Below are positions 55,724-64,000 of a DNA stretch of 64,000 nt, piece by piece. Both the position numbers and the translations under genes were made by a program. The notes below the pieces were generated by a model, which worked only from the letters and a program-made list of their open reading frames with translations, was not told the DNA's origin and made no database searches. Numbering within the stretch: position 1 is the stretch's first letter; each line of letters starts with the position of its first letter. This DNA comes from Chloroflexota bacterium (lineage in GTDB: Bacteria; Chloroflexota; UBA5177). The stretch lies in contig DATGJB010000147.1 in assembly GCA_035295425.1 (NCBI GenBank), forward strand, positions 778-64,777, given 5' to 3'.

Positions 55724-57780
55724 GTCTGCCAGGCGAACGACTTCTCCGCCTCGGCGGCCAGACTCGCCGCCTCGGTGGCACAGTGGGTAACCATACGCAC
55801 GACCGTGCCGGCTCCGAACGTGCTCCGGATGTCGAGACTACCGCCGATCTGACCCATGCGATCGGTCATGGTCCGGAGTCCCAGGTGCCCCGCCGGGACC
55901 CTCGCCGGATCGAAGCCCACGCCGTCGTCCTCGATCTCCAGGACAAACGTATGGTCCTGTTGCTCCAGCCGCACGACGACTCGGCTACCCCGAGCATGCT
56001 TGACGACGTTGTGGAGCGCTTCCTGGGCGCAGCGATAGAGGTGCTCCTCGATGACAGGGTCCAGCTGGATCCGGCATTCGGGCGCGCTCACCTCGACCGT
56101 GATGCCCTCGCGCGCACTCACCGCCGCCGTGTGCTTCCGGAGCGCCGCCACCAATCCTTCTTCCTGAAGGGCACCCGGCCGGAGCTCGAAGATCAGGGCG
56201 CGCATCTCAGCAAGCGCACCTTCGCTCAGTTCGCTCAGCTGACGCAAATTGCGGGCCACCGGACCATCGCGACCGAATTGCTCGTGGCCGTTGCCGGCCT
56301 GCTGCCGGTCCAGTGCCATCCGCGCCGCCTCGGCGTGCATGGTCATCGAAAACAGCGCCTGGGTCACCGAGTCGTGCAGCTCGCGGGCGAGCCGAGCGCG
56401 CTCCTCGAGCGCCGCGGCTTCCTGCGCCTGCGCATAGAGCTTGGCGTTTTCCATCGCCACGGCAGCCTGGCTGGCGAGCGCCATCGCCATATTCGCCTGC
56501 TCCTGCGTATAGAAGCTCGGCTCGTCGGTTGCCAGGCTGAGCAATCCCAGGGTCTTCCCCTTCTGCATGAGGGGAATACCCATCCAGGACCGAACGTAGC
56601 GCCAGATGCCATCCATGAGCGGTCCGGCGGCCTCGCGGAAGGTCCGGGCCAGCGGATCGTCACTCCGCACGTCGCCGATCATCACGGGCCGGCCGGCCAG
56701 CGCCGGTTCCCAGATCGGCCCGATGCGCTCCAGCGAGAACCGTAGCCCCACGACCTCCTCGCGGCGGTTGGGACCTCGATACTCGACGATGACCAGATCG
56801 TCTCCGCTCGCTTTCAGCAGACTGCCGTCGCGATAATCGACCACGTCCTTGAGCTGATCGAGGATCAGGGCCAGCAACGGCCCGATCTGAAGCGTGGAAC
56901 CGACCTGGCGTGAAACCTCGAGCAAGGTCGAGAGCTCGCGTGTCCGCTCCACCACCCGCTGCTCGAGCAACTCTTGCGTCTTGACCAGCTCGGTGACGTC
57001 TCGCACCAGCGCGAGGGCGTGCAGCTTGCCTCGATACAGGAACGTCGTGCCCCGAATGTCCGCCGGGAAGGAGCTGCCGTCCTTGCGGACGTTGACGACG
57101 CGGATTCGGACCGAGCCGTCGCGCCTGATGGCTTCCACATAGCCAGGGAGCTCGTCATGATAATCGGGGTGGACAAAGGCGGTGCGATGCAGGCCGATGA
57201 ACTCCTCACGCGTGTAGCCGTGCATCGTGCAGGCGGCCGGATTGGCCTCGGCGATCAGTCCTTCGCTATCGGTGATGATGATGCCGTCGCTCGTGGCCTC
57301 GAAGATGCCACGATACTGCTCGTCGCGCTCGCGAAGGCGCTTCTCGGCGCGCTTCCGCTCGGTAATGTCGCGGGCAACGACGATGACGCCCCGCGCCCGT
57401 CCCTCAGCATCCGGGATGAGAGCCGAGCTCATCTCGGCCGGGAAGGTGCTACCGTCGCTCCGCGTCAGCAAATACTCTCTGTCCCGCACGCACCGGTCGC
57501 GGATGACGCATCTCCCATCCTCCTTGGCGCGCTCTCGCTCGCCGGGAGGCATTCGCTCGTAGATCTTCAGACCCACCATGTCCGCCGCGGAAGCGTAGGC
57601 AAACAGCTCGGCGGCCCGATTGTTGGCCATGAGGATGTTGCCGTCGAGATCGACGAGCAGGATCGCGTCCGGTGAAGTATTGACCAGCGCGCGATAGAGC
57701 GCTTCACTCTCGCGCAGCCGCTCCTCGGTTTCGTTCTGCTGCTCGGCCGGTACGTAACTGCAGGTTGGGACCGTCTTCAC
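55720..57780 (-). CDS. PAS-PAS-GAF sensor histidine kinase (HisKA_3)
   Basis: Two PAS/PAC domains (DITERK), GAF, ERARLARELHDSV, QEALHNVVKHA, DDGVGFD. Confidence 0.92.
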   Translation of the reverse strand: MKTVPTCSYVPAEQQNETEERLRESEALYRALVNTSPDAILLVDLDGNILMANNRAAELFAYASAADMVGLKIYERMPPGERERAKEDGRCVIRDRCVRDREYLLTRSDGSTFPAEMSSALIPDAEGRARGVIVVARDITERKRAEKRLRERDEQYRGIFEATSDGIIITDSEGLIAEANPAACTMHGYTREEFIGLHRTAFVHPDYHDELPGYVEAIRRDGSVRIRVVNVRKDGSSFPADIRGTTFLYRGKLHALALVRDVTELVKTQELLEQRVVERTRELSTLLEVSRQVGSTLQIGPLLALILDQLKDVVDYRDGSLLKASGDDLVIVEYRGPNRREEVVGLRFSLERIGPIWEPALAGRPVMIGDVRSDDPLARTFREAAGPLMDGIWRYVRSWMGIPLMQKGKTLGLLSLATDEPSFYTQEQANMAMALASQAAVAMENAKLYAQAQEAAALEERARLARELHDSVTQALFSMTMHAEAARMALDRQQAGNGHEQFGRDGPVARNLRQLSELSEGALAEMRALIFELRPGALQEEGLVAALRKHTAAVSAREGITVEVSAPECRIQLDPVIEEHLYRCAQEALHNVVKHARGSRVVVRLEQQDHTFVLEIEDDGVGFDPARVPAGHLGLRTMTDRMGQIGGSLDIRSTFGAGTVVRMVTHCATEAASLAAEAEKSFAWQT

Positions 57781-57918
57781 GTGGCAATTCTAGTCACAAC
57801 GTGGGCCGGTTTCGCCTCGGACATTTGTCGCAGACCGCCGTTGCACAGAGGACCGATGGCGAGGCCGATCCGTGGACCCTACGGTGAATGGAGAAGCCTG
57901 CTGAAAGGAGACTCCAGC

Positions 57919-59601
57919 TTGCAGAACGCCCAACCTCAAGCCACCCCACTGGTCGTCGCGCCGCGCATCCAGGCAAACCTCTGGATCGTGCTACTTGTGC
58001 TGACCCTCGGCTACTTCATGATTCTGATCGACACCACGATCGTCAACGTCGCGCTGCCGACGATGGAAAGCGGTCTGCACGCCGGCTTCGATCAGGTTCT
58101 CTGGGTTGTCAACGCCTACATCCTGGTCTATGCCGTGCTGCTCATTACCGCCGGCCGTCTCGGCGACATCTTCGGTCCCAGGCGCCTCTTCCTGCTGGGG
58201 CTCGCGCTCTTCACCCTGGCCTCGGCTGCCTGCGGCCTCGCGCAGAACGCCGATCAGCTCATCCTCTTCCGCACCATCCAGGGGATCGGCGCCGCGGTGC
58301 TGACTCCGCAGACGCTCGCAATCCTGCCGAACATCTTCCCGCCGGAGCGGCGAGGGGCCGCTTTCGGCATCCTGAGCTCCGTGGCGGGGCTCGCCGTCGT
58401 CGTCGGTCCGACGGTGGGCGGCTGGCTCGTCACGGACTTTGACTGGCAGTCGATCTTCTTCCTTAACGTTCCCATCGGCATCGTGACGGCGCTCGCCGCC
58501 TTCCTGCTCATGCCGGAGATTCGCACGAACCGCTCGCCTGCCCTCGATCTTCCGGGGGTGGCGCTGGCATCTGCCGGGCTCTTCACGCTCATCTACTCCC
58601 TCGTCGAGAGCCAGCGCTACGCCTGGGGCCCGATCAATAGCTTTGGCGCCTTCTCGCTCGGCTCAACCCGCTGGAGCGTCTTGAGTGTGTACAGCCTTCT
58701 GGCGTACTCCGCGGCCTTCCTCGCCCTCTTCGTGTGGTGGGAGACCCGGGCCCGCCAGCCGCTCCTTCCGCTCTCACTGTTCCGCGATCGGAACTTTTCG
58801 GTTGCCAATCTGATCTTCAGCGTCGTCGGTTTTCCCTTTGCGATGTTCATCGTCCTGAGCGTCTTCCTGCAGTCGGTGCTGGGATTCAGCGCCATCCACA
58901 CCGGGCTCACGTTGATCCCAACCTCGCTCAGCATCATGCTGGTTGGCCCGATCGCCGGACGACTTTCCGACCGGGTCAACGGTAAGTACGTTCTTCTGGG
59001 CGGCTTGTTCGTCGCAACGGTTGGGATCGTGCTCACGGCAGATGCGCTGTCTCTATCGGACTCGACGTGGGGGCTGGTCCTGCCGCTGGCGATCACCGGC
59101 ATCGGAATGGGCTTTGTGTTCGCGCCAATGACAACCCTGGCAATGCGCGACGTGCAGCCGGCACTTGCCGGCGCCGCTTCTGGATTGCTGTTTACCGATC
59201 GACAGGTCGGCCAGGCCCTGGGATCGGCGGTAATCGGCTCCGTCCTGGCGAACCGGGTCGCGAGTGAACTACCGGCGCGGGCCGCCCAGCTCGCCTACCA
59301 GTTACCGCCGGCTGCCCGCGGCGCGTTTGTCGCCCGGTTCCAGCGGGCGAGCCACGGGGCTCAGAACTTTGGCGCTCGTCAGTCCGGTGTGGCTGATCCG
59401 CCGCACTCGGCCGCCCAGCACCTGGCCGCGCTCTCGCACGAGGTGTTCGCCCAGGCCTTCCTCAACGCTGCCCGCCCGTCGCTTGTGATCTGTTCCGGCA
59501 TCCTGCTGCTGGCGACCGGCTTCGCTCTCGGACTTCGCGGCGGCCGCAGCGCCGAAGCAGCCAGACATGTCGCCCTCGCTGCCGAGGGAGAAGCCGCCTA
59601 G
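57919..59601 (+). CDS. DHA2 (EmrB/QacA) MFS efflux transporter
   Basis: DTTIVNVALP, GRLGDIFG and FFLNVPIG motifs. TTG start after AAAGGAG. Confidence 0.9.
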   Translation: MQNAQPQATPLVVAPRIQANLWIVLLVLTLGYFMILIDTTIVNVALPTMESGLHAGFDQVLWVVNAYILVYAVLLITAGRLGDIFGPRRLFLLGLALFTLASAACGLAQNADQLILFRTIQGIGAAVLTPQTLAILPNIFPPERRGAAFGILSSVAGLAVVVGPTVGGWLVTDFDWQSIFFLNVPIGIVTALAAFLLMPEIRTNRSPALDLPGVALASAGLFTLIYSLVESQRYAWGPINSFGAFSLGSTRWSVLSVYSLLAYSAAFLALFVWWETRARQPLLPLSLFRDRNFSVANLIFSVVGFPFAMFIVLSVFLQSVLGFSAIHTGLTLIPTSLSIMLVGPIAGRLSDRVNGKYVLLGGLFVATVGIVLTADALSLSDSTWGLVLPLAITGIGMGFVFAPMTTLAMRDVQPALAGAASGLLFTDRQVGQALGSAVIGSVLANRVASELPARAAQLAYQLPPAARGAFVARFQRASHGAQNFGARQSGVADPPHSAAQHLAALSHEVFAQAFLNAARPSLVICSGILLLATGFALGLRGGRSAEAARHVALAAEGEAA

Positions 59602-59725
59602 CCCCTTGTTCTCACCAGGGATCTGCCGTACGGCGCGTCCGGGTACCCGCTGGGGGGTCAGTGGCACGCCGCCCGCGGGGCAGTTCCTTCTCACCCATCG
59701 CCAGCTCGTAAGGAAGTACCAAACC

Positions 59726-60103
59726 ATGCAGACGATAATATCCTTCGCGGTGCGTCGCCGGACTGCCCCGTGGCTCGGATTCGCCTGGCAGGTGACAGCC
59801 GTCGCTGCCCTTGAGCTGGGGGACGACATCTTCCGCGGCAACATCGACCCGCCAAATGCCGCAGAGGCGATCCAGCACGCCCGGGCGGTCGTGAGCTTCG
59901 AGCAGGCGCACGGCCTGTTCCTCGAGCCCGCGATCCAGGTCTCGAAACGGTCTACGCCATTTGTCGGAGGGAGAGTCGCCCCTCTGTCCGATGTGGCGGG
60001 TAGCCGCCGGCCGGTAGGGTCAAGGTACAGGCAATGTAGGAGGTTACGTGAAAGTGGCTCAAGCGAATTCGGTAGCTGCGCCCATCTCGACGCACTCATC
60101 TGA
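59726..60103 (+). pseudogene. Truncated AUR1/PAP2-like paralog (N-terminal ~70 aa only)
   Basis: ELGDDIFRG...HARAVVSFEQAHGLFLEPAIQ matches EVGDDLGRG...NARRVVAFEAAHGFWIEPAWQ in 42329-43156. Similarity stops near 59940 and no catalytic motifs follow. Confidence 0.7.
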
Positions 60104-61562
60104 CGGCGTGAACAAAGCCGCCGCGCTGGTGCTGGTGTGTCTGGCGCAGATCATGGTTATCATCGACATCTCGATCGTCAACGTGGCGCTTCCTTCCATC
60201 AAGAACGCGCTGCACTTCTCCGAGCAGGATCTGCAGTGGATCGTGAACGCCTACACACTGGTGTTTGCCGGATTCTTGCTCCTGGGCGGGCGCGCGGCCG
60301 ACCTGCTGGGCCGCCGGGCCGTGCTCATCGGCGGCCTCCTGCTCTTCACCGCCGCCTCGCTGGTCTGCGGTTTGGCGATGTCGTCCGGCGCGCTCATCGT
60401 CTCCCGCGCGATTCAGGGTCTGGGGGGAGCGATCATTGCCCCGGCTTCGCTCTCCATTCTCACCGTCACCTTTCCTGAGGGTGCGGAGCGCAATCGCGCG
60501 CTCGCCGTCTGGGGCGCCGTGGCCGGTGGCGGAAGCGCAATCGGCGTCATCCTCGGTGGGCTGCTCACGCAGGGGCCGGGCTGGCGCTGGGTGTTCTTCG
60601 TCAACGTGCCGGTCGGCATTCTGACCGCTATCCTCACTCGGCGGCTGATCGCCGAGAGCCGGGACGCCGATCGCACCCGCTCCTATGACGTGGCGGGCGC
60701 AATTTCGGTGACGGCGGGGTTGGTCCTGCTGGTCTATGCCCTGGTGAATACCACCACCTATGGCTGGACCTCGGCGCGCACCATCGGTGAGCTGATCGGC
60801 GCGACCGCTCTGCTCCTCATGTTCGTCGTCATCGAGGCCCGCTTCGCCGCCCACCCGCTCGTGCCGCTGCGGATATTCCGCTCGCGCACTCTCTCCGGCG
60901 CGAACGCGGTGGCACTCTTGCTCGGCCTCTCGATCTTCGCGGTCTTCTTCTTCCTGACCCTCTACATGCAGCAGGTGCTCGGATTCTCGCCGCTGCGCAC
61001 CGGCATCGCCTACCTGCCGATCACAATGGGCTTCATCGTCGTGGCGGCGGTCCTCTCCCCACTGGTCAATCGCATTGGCGTGAAATGGGTCCTGGCGCTC
61101 GGCATGACGATTACCGCGGCCGCCTTCCTGCTACTGGCCCGGCTTCCCGACCATGGCAGCTACGCCACCGACATTCTGCCGGCGTTCATCGTCCTGCCGC
61201 TCGGCGCCGGCCTGGCGTTTCTCTCGGTCACCAACGCTGCGACAGCCGGAGTCGAATCGCAGGATGCTGGACTGGCTTCCGCTCTCCTCAACACCTCACA
61301 ACAGGTGGGTGGCGCACTGGGTCTCGCAATTCTCTCGACCATTGCCGCCACGCAGACCAATAGCGTGCTGGCTGCCAGCCCTCGCGCCGGCCTGGCGCAC
61401 GCACTCGTCCAGGGCTTCCACCAGGCGTTCGAGGTCGGCGTGGTCTTCGCGGTCGCCGGCGCGCTCCTGGCGCTGCTGACGGTAGCGCGCGGCATCGGCC
61501 GGACTGACACAGTGGCCGAGCTGGACACCGAGGCGGCGTTCGAGCCCGCCGCGGCGAGCTAA
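60048..61562 (+). CDS. DHA2 (EmrB/QacA) MFS efflux transporter
   Basis: DISIVNVALPSI, GGRAADLLGRR, WRWVFFVNVP and QQVGGALG motifs. AGGAGG RBS. Confidence 0.92.
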   Translation: MKVAQANSVAAPISTHSSDGVNKAAALVLVCLAQIMVIIDISIVNVALPSIKNALHFSEQDLQWIVNAYTLVFAGFLLLGGRAADLLGRRAVLIGGLLLFTAASLVCGLAMSSGALIVSRAIQGLGGAIIAPASLSILTVTFPEGAERNRALAVWGAVAGGGSAIGVILGGLLTQGPGWRWVFFVNVPVGILTAILTRRLIAESRDADRTRSYDVAGAISVTAGLVLLVYALVNTTTYGWTSARTIGELIGATALLLMFVVIEARFAAHPLVPLRIFRSRTLSGANAVALLLGLSIFAVFFFLTLYMQQVLGFSPLRTGIAYLPITMGFIVVAAVLSPLVNRIGVKWVLALGMTITAAAFLLLARLPDHGSYATDILPAFIVLPLGAGLAFLSVTNAATAGVESQDAGLASALLNTSQQVGGALGLAILSTIAATQTNSVLAASPRAGLAHALVQGFHQAFEVGVVFAVAGALLALLTVARGIGRTDTVAELDTEAAFEPAAAS

Positions 61563-61626
61563 GAACAGGCCGGAGCCGGCCCGATCCAGAGTCCCGCCGG
61601 CGACGAACCAGCGCACTCCTCCACAC

Positions 61627-61660
61627 GTCCCGGGCTCCGTATTGATGCGGAGCCCGGGAC
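61627..61660 (+). terminator. GC-rich hairpin (terminator-like)
   Basis: GTCCCGGGCTCCG...CGGAGCCCGGGAC downstream of the MFS gene; no U-tract. Confidence 0.5.
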
Positions 61661-61777
61661 GCTCCTGCCACTGAGATGAAGGGCTGCATCCATCTCGCCG
61701 GCGAGATCGTCAACCGTGAGATCAGCCATATAATGGGCCCGCTTCTACCTGACTACCCATCGGAGCCGAGGACGGAT

Positions 61778-62656
61778 ATGGCTACTGCAAGCGCGTCCGC
61801 CGGACTGGATTCTGCCGCGTTGGTCGACGCCATCTATCGGGACGGGTTCGTCGGCATCCCCGATCTGTTCCCGGTCGAGTGGGCTGACCGGCTCGACGAG
61901 GACTTGAAACGCGAGCTGGTCGCCGCACTCTCCCACGAGGGAGGCGCGGCTCCCCGCGGCTGGAACCGGTTCTACTTCGAGCCGTATCCGGAGCGCGTGC
62001 GGGGCTTTCTCGAGCTCGTCACCCACCCGGTCATCACGGAGCTGAGCGTACGGCTATTCGGTGAGGAGTACCAGATCGTCGAGCTGGGCTGCGACGTCCC
62101 GCTTCCCGGCGCGGTCAATCAGCCCTGGCATCGTGACTTCCCGATTCCCGATGAGACTCGCCAGGGAAGAATCAGCTCCGTCTGCCTCAACGTCTGCAGC
62201 GTCGACGTGACACCCGAGATGGGGCCGTTTCAGGTCGTGCCGGGCACCCATTTCGACCCGGGAGAGGACTTCGACAGCGGCATGTTCCCGCCGGAGTCAC
62301 GCTACGCCGAGTACGAGAGCCGGATGCAGTCCAGGTTTCCCCGCCGCGGCTCGGTCTCGGTGCGCAGTGGGCTCGGCATCCACCGGGGATCCCGGTCCTC
62401 CACCCGGGGATGCCTGCGACCCGTCGCAATCGTCGGCATCGTCTCCCCGGAGTGTGGAGCGGTTACTGAACGCCGCGCTCACCCCGAAGACCCACACGTG
62501 CCGCGCCTGCGCGTTTCCCGCGAGTTTCTCGATGGCCTGGACGCCGAGATACGGCGGCACCTCAGCTATGAGATCGTGGCCGACACCACGGTCGGCCTGC
62601 CGCCCCACTTCACGCACCACACCTTCGAGGGCCTGAAGATGGCCGAGATGGGGTAG
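61778..62656 (+). CDS. Phytanoyl-CoA dioxygenase (PhyH) family Fe(II)/2OG enzyme
   Basis: QPWHRDF (HxD), GPFQVVPGTH, IHRG (distal His) and a downstream Arg. Confidence 0.85.
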   Translation: MATASASAGLDSAALVDAIYRDGFVGIPDLFPVEWADRLDEDLKRELVAALSHEGGAAPRGWNRFYFEPYPERVRGFLELVTHPVITELSVRLFGEEYQIVELGCDVPLPGAVNQPWHRDFPIPDETRQGRISSVCLNVCSVDVTPEMGPFQVVPGTHFDPGEDFDSGMFPPESRYAEYESRMQSRFPRRGSVSVRSGLGIHRGSRSSTRGCLRPVAIVGIVSPECGAVTERRAHPEDPHVPRLRVSREFLDGLDAEIRRHLSYEIVADTTVGLPPHFTHHTFEGLKMAEMG

Positions 62657-62890
62657 CGCCCCACACTCGCTCCATCCTGCCGGCTGCCGGCCCTCGCAGG
62701 CTCCTCTCACTCCGCCACACGTGCCCTGCCGCCCGCGAAGCCTGACCCAAGGTCGCTGACATGCTGCTCCGGCGAGCGGTCATGGCGAGCGCCTACAATG
62801 CAGGCGCCCCGACCTGGCCGGCACGCCTTTGACAGGCGGCACACGGCAGCGGCCGGAAGCGCTCACCGCGACCGAGGAGACGGAGGAGAA

Positions 62891-64000
62891 ATGACACGTC
62901 GCAGCCTTTCGGGCAGGGTCGCAGCATCCTGTCTCACCCTCGCCCTTGCCCTGACGGGCCTTGTGGCCGGCGGCGGACTTCCCGCCCTGCCGGCTGGAGC
63001 CGACACGACGACCGAGATCATCGTGCACTACTTCCGGCCGGCTGCCGACTACAACGGCTGGAACGTCTGGCTGTGGCCGAACAAACCGGCCAGCGCCGCC
63101 GGCGCCGAGTACGACTTCACCGGCTCGGATGCATTCGGCAAGGTCGTCGACGCCCACCTGCCGGGCGCCGACACCGAAGTCGGCATTATCGTCCGGCTCA
63201 ACAACTGGGACGCCAAGGACGTGGCCCAGGATCGATTCGTCGAGGCGAGCAACGGCCGGGCCGAAGTGTGGCTCATCCAGGGCGATCCGACGATCTATAC
63301 CTCGCTGAGTGCGGCCCAGGGCGGCCTCAAGCCGCGCTTCGAGTCGGCATTTCTCGACGGCAACAACGTCATCTACGCCAGCTACCGGACGTTCACCACG
63401 CCGCTGCAGCTGACCGGTGGCTCGAGCGGCTTCACCGTCACCGACACGACGACCAATCAGACGGTTCCCGTGACGTCCGCCGAGTACGTGGACCAGAACG
63501 GCAGCAAGGTCATCAAGCTCACCCTGGCTGCGGCCCCGAACGTCAGCCATTCGCTGAGCGTCGGGCTCGGACCCGCCAGTATGGCCGTTACACCGCGCAT
63601 GGTGCTCAATAGTTCTCAGTACAACTACTCCGGCAACGACCTCGGAGCGACCTGGACGGCGCCGGCTACCACCTTCCGGCTGTGGGCGCCAACCGCGTCG
63701 AGTATCCAGCTCAACATCTTCAAGAACGACAACGGCGATCTCTACAAAGCCATTGCCATGAAACGCAGCGTTCACGGAACCTGGGTAGCGACGGTCAAGC
63801 ACAACCTCAACGGCTTTGACTACAACTACGGCGTGAACCACCAGGGAACGATCGGCATCGCCGTCGATCCCTACGCCCGCAACATCTCTCCCAATGGGAA
63901 GTACGGGAAGATTGTCGACCTCGCTGCGACGAACCCCACCGGGTGGAAGAGCGACCACTTCGTCACGCTCAAACACCCTGAGGACGCCGTGATCTACGAG
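62891..64000 (+). CDS. pulA: Secreted type I pullulanase (CBM41-CBM48-GH13), runs off window end
   Basis: GGAGGAG RBS, signal peptide, IVHYFRP..DYNGWNVWLW (CBM41), DLGATW...FRLWAPTA, DPYAR, DAVIYE. Frame is open to the window end and not in the ORF track. Confidence 0.9.
   Translation, partial: MTRRSLSGRVAASCLTLALALTGLVAGGGLPALPAGADTTTEIIVHYFRPAADYNGWNVWLWPNKPASAAGAEYDFTGSDAFGKVVDAHLPGADTEVGIIVRLNNWDAKDVAQDRFVEASNGRAEVWLIQGDPTIYTSLSAAQGGLKPRFESAFLDGNNVIYASYRTFTTPLQLTGGSSGFTVTDTTTNQTVPVTSAEYVDQNGSKVIKLTLAAAPNVSHSLSVGLGPASMAVTPRMVLNSSQYNYSGNDLGATWTAPATTFRLWAPTASSIQLNIFKNDNGDLYKAIAMKRSVHGTWVATVKHNLNGFDYNYGVNHQGTIGIAVDPYARNISPNGKYGKIVDLAATNPTGWKSDHFVTLKHPEDAVIYE

Noticed and set aside
51602-62700. 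Genomic island integrated at tRNA-Leu
   Set aside because: No integrase, no duplicated tRNA 3' end and no obvious compositional shift seen in the window.

Overview
High-GC, gene-dense bacterial chromosome segment. The gene repertoire, a Cheo-type LexA box and the RAYT type suggest a Chloroflexota- or Actinomycetota-like organism (inference only). In order it holds: a TPP-riboswitch operon (AIR-synthase-like protein plus ThiXZ-like ABC genes); tRNA-Arg(TCT) directly abutting endonuclease V (nfi); lysC-asd-cystathionine synthase/lyase; a REP-associated HUH transposase (RAYT) with REP flanks; a ~23 kb methylamine/betaine catabolic region; a class-III aminotransferase/Gfo-Idh-MocA/AUR1-like/CDP-alcohol transferase/DedA cluster; two-component systems; two tRNA-Leu genes; efflux MFS genes; a PhyH dioxygenase; and a truncated pullulanase. 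The catabolic region contains an Fe-S-retaining sarcosine-oxidase-like complex, a MetE-core protein, dimethylglycine oxidase, a Dpp-type ABC transporter, an MIO-less HAL-family lyase, an OCD-family enzyme, an enolase-family enzyme, an Fe-ADH and a BHMT-like enzyme. The best novelty candidates are (1) the MIO-less ammonia-lyase pathway, (2) a REP-anchored 251-bp inverted duplication that captured the 3' end of nfi, (3) a possible amino-cyclitol lipid cluster, and (4) the zero-spacer tRNA-nfi junction. All calls come from reading motifs by eye; no database searches were run.
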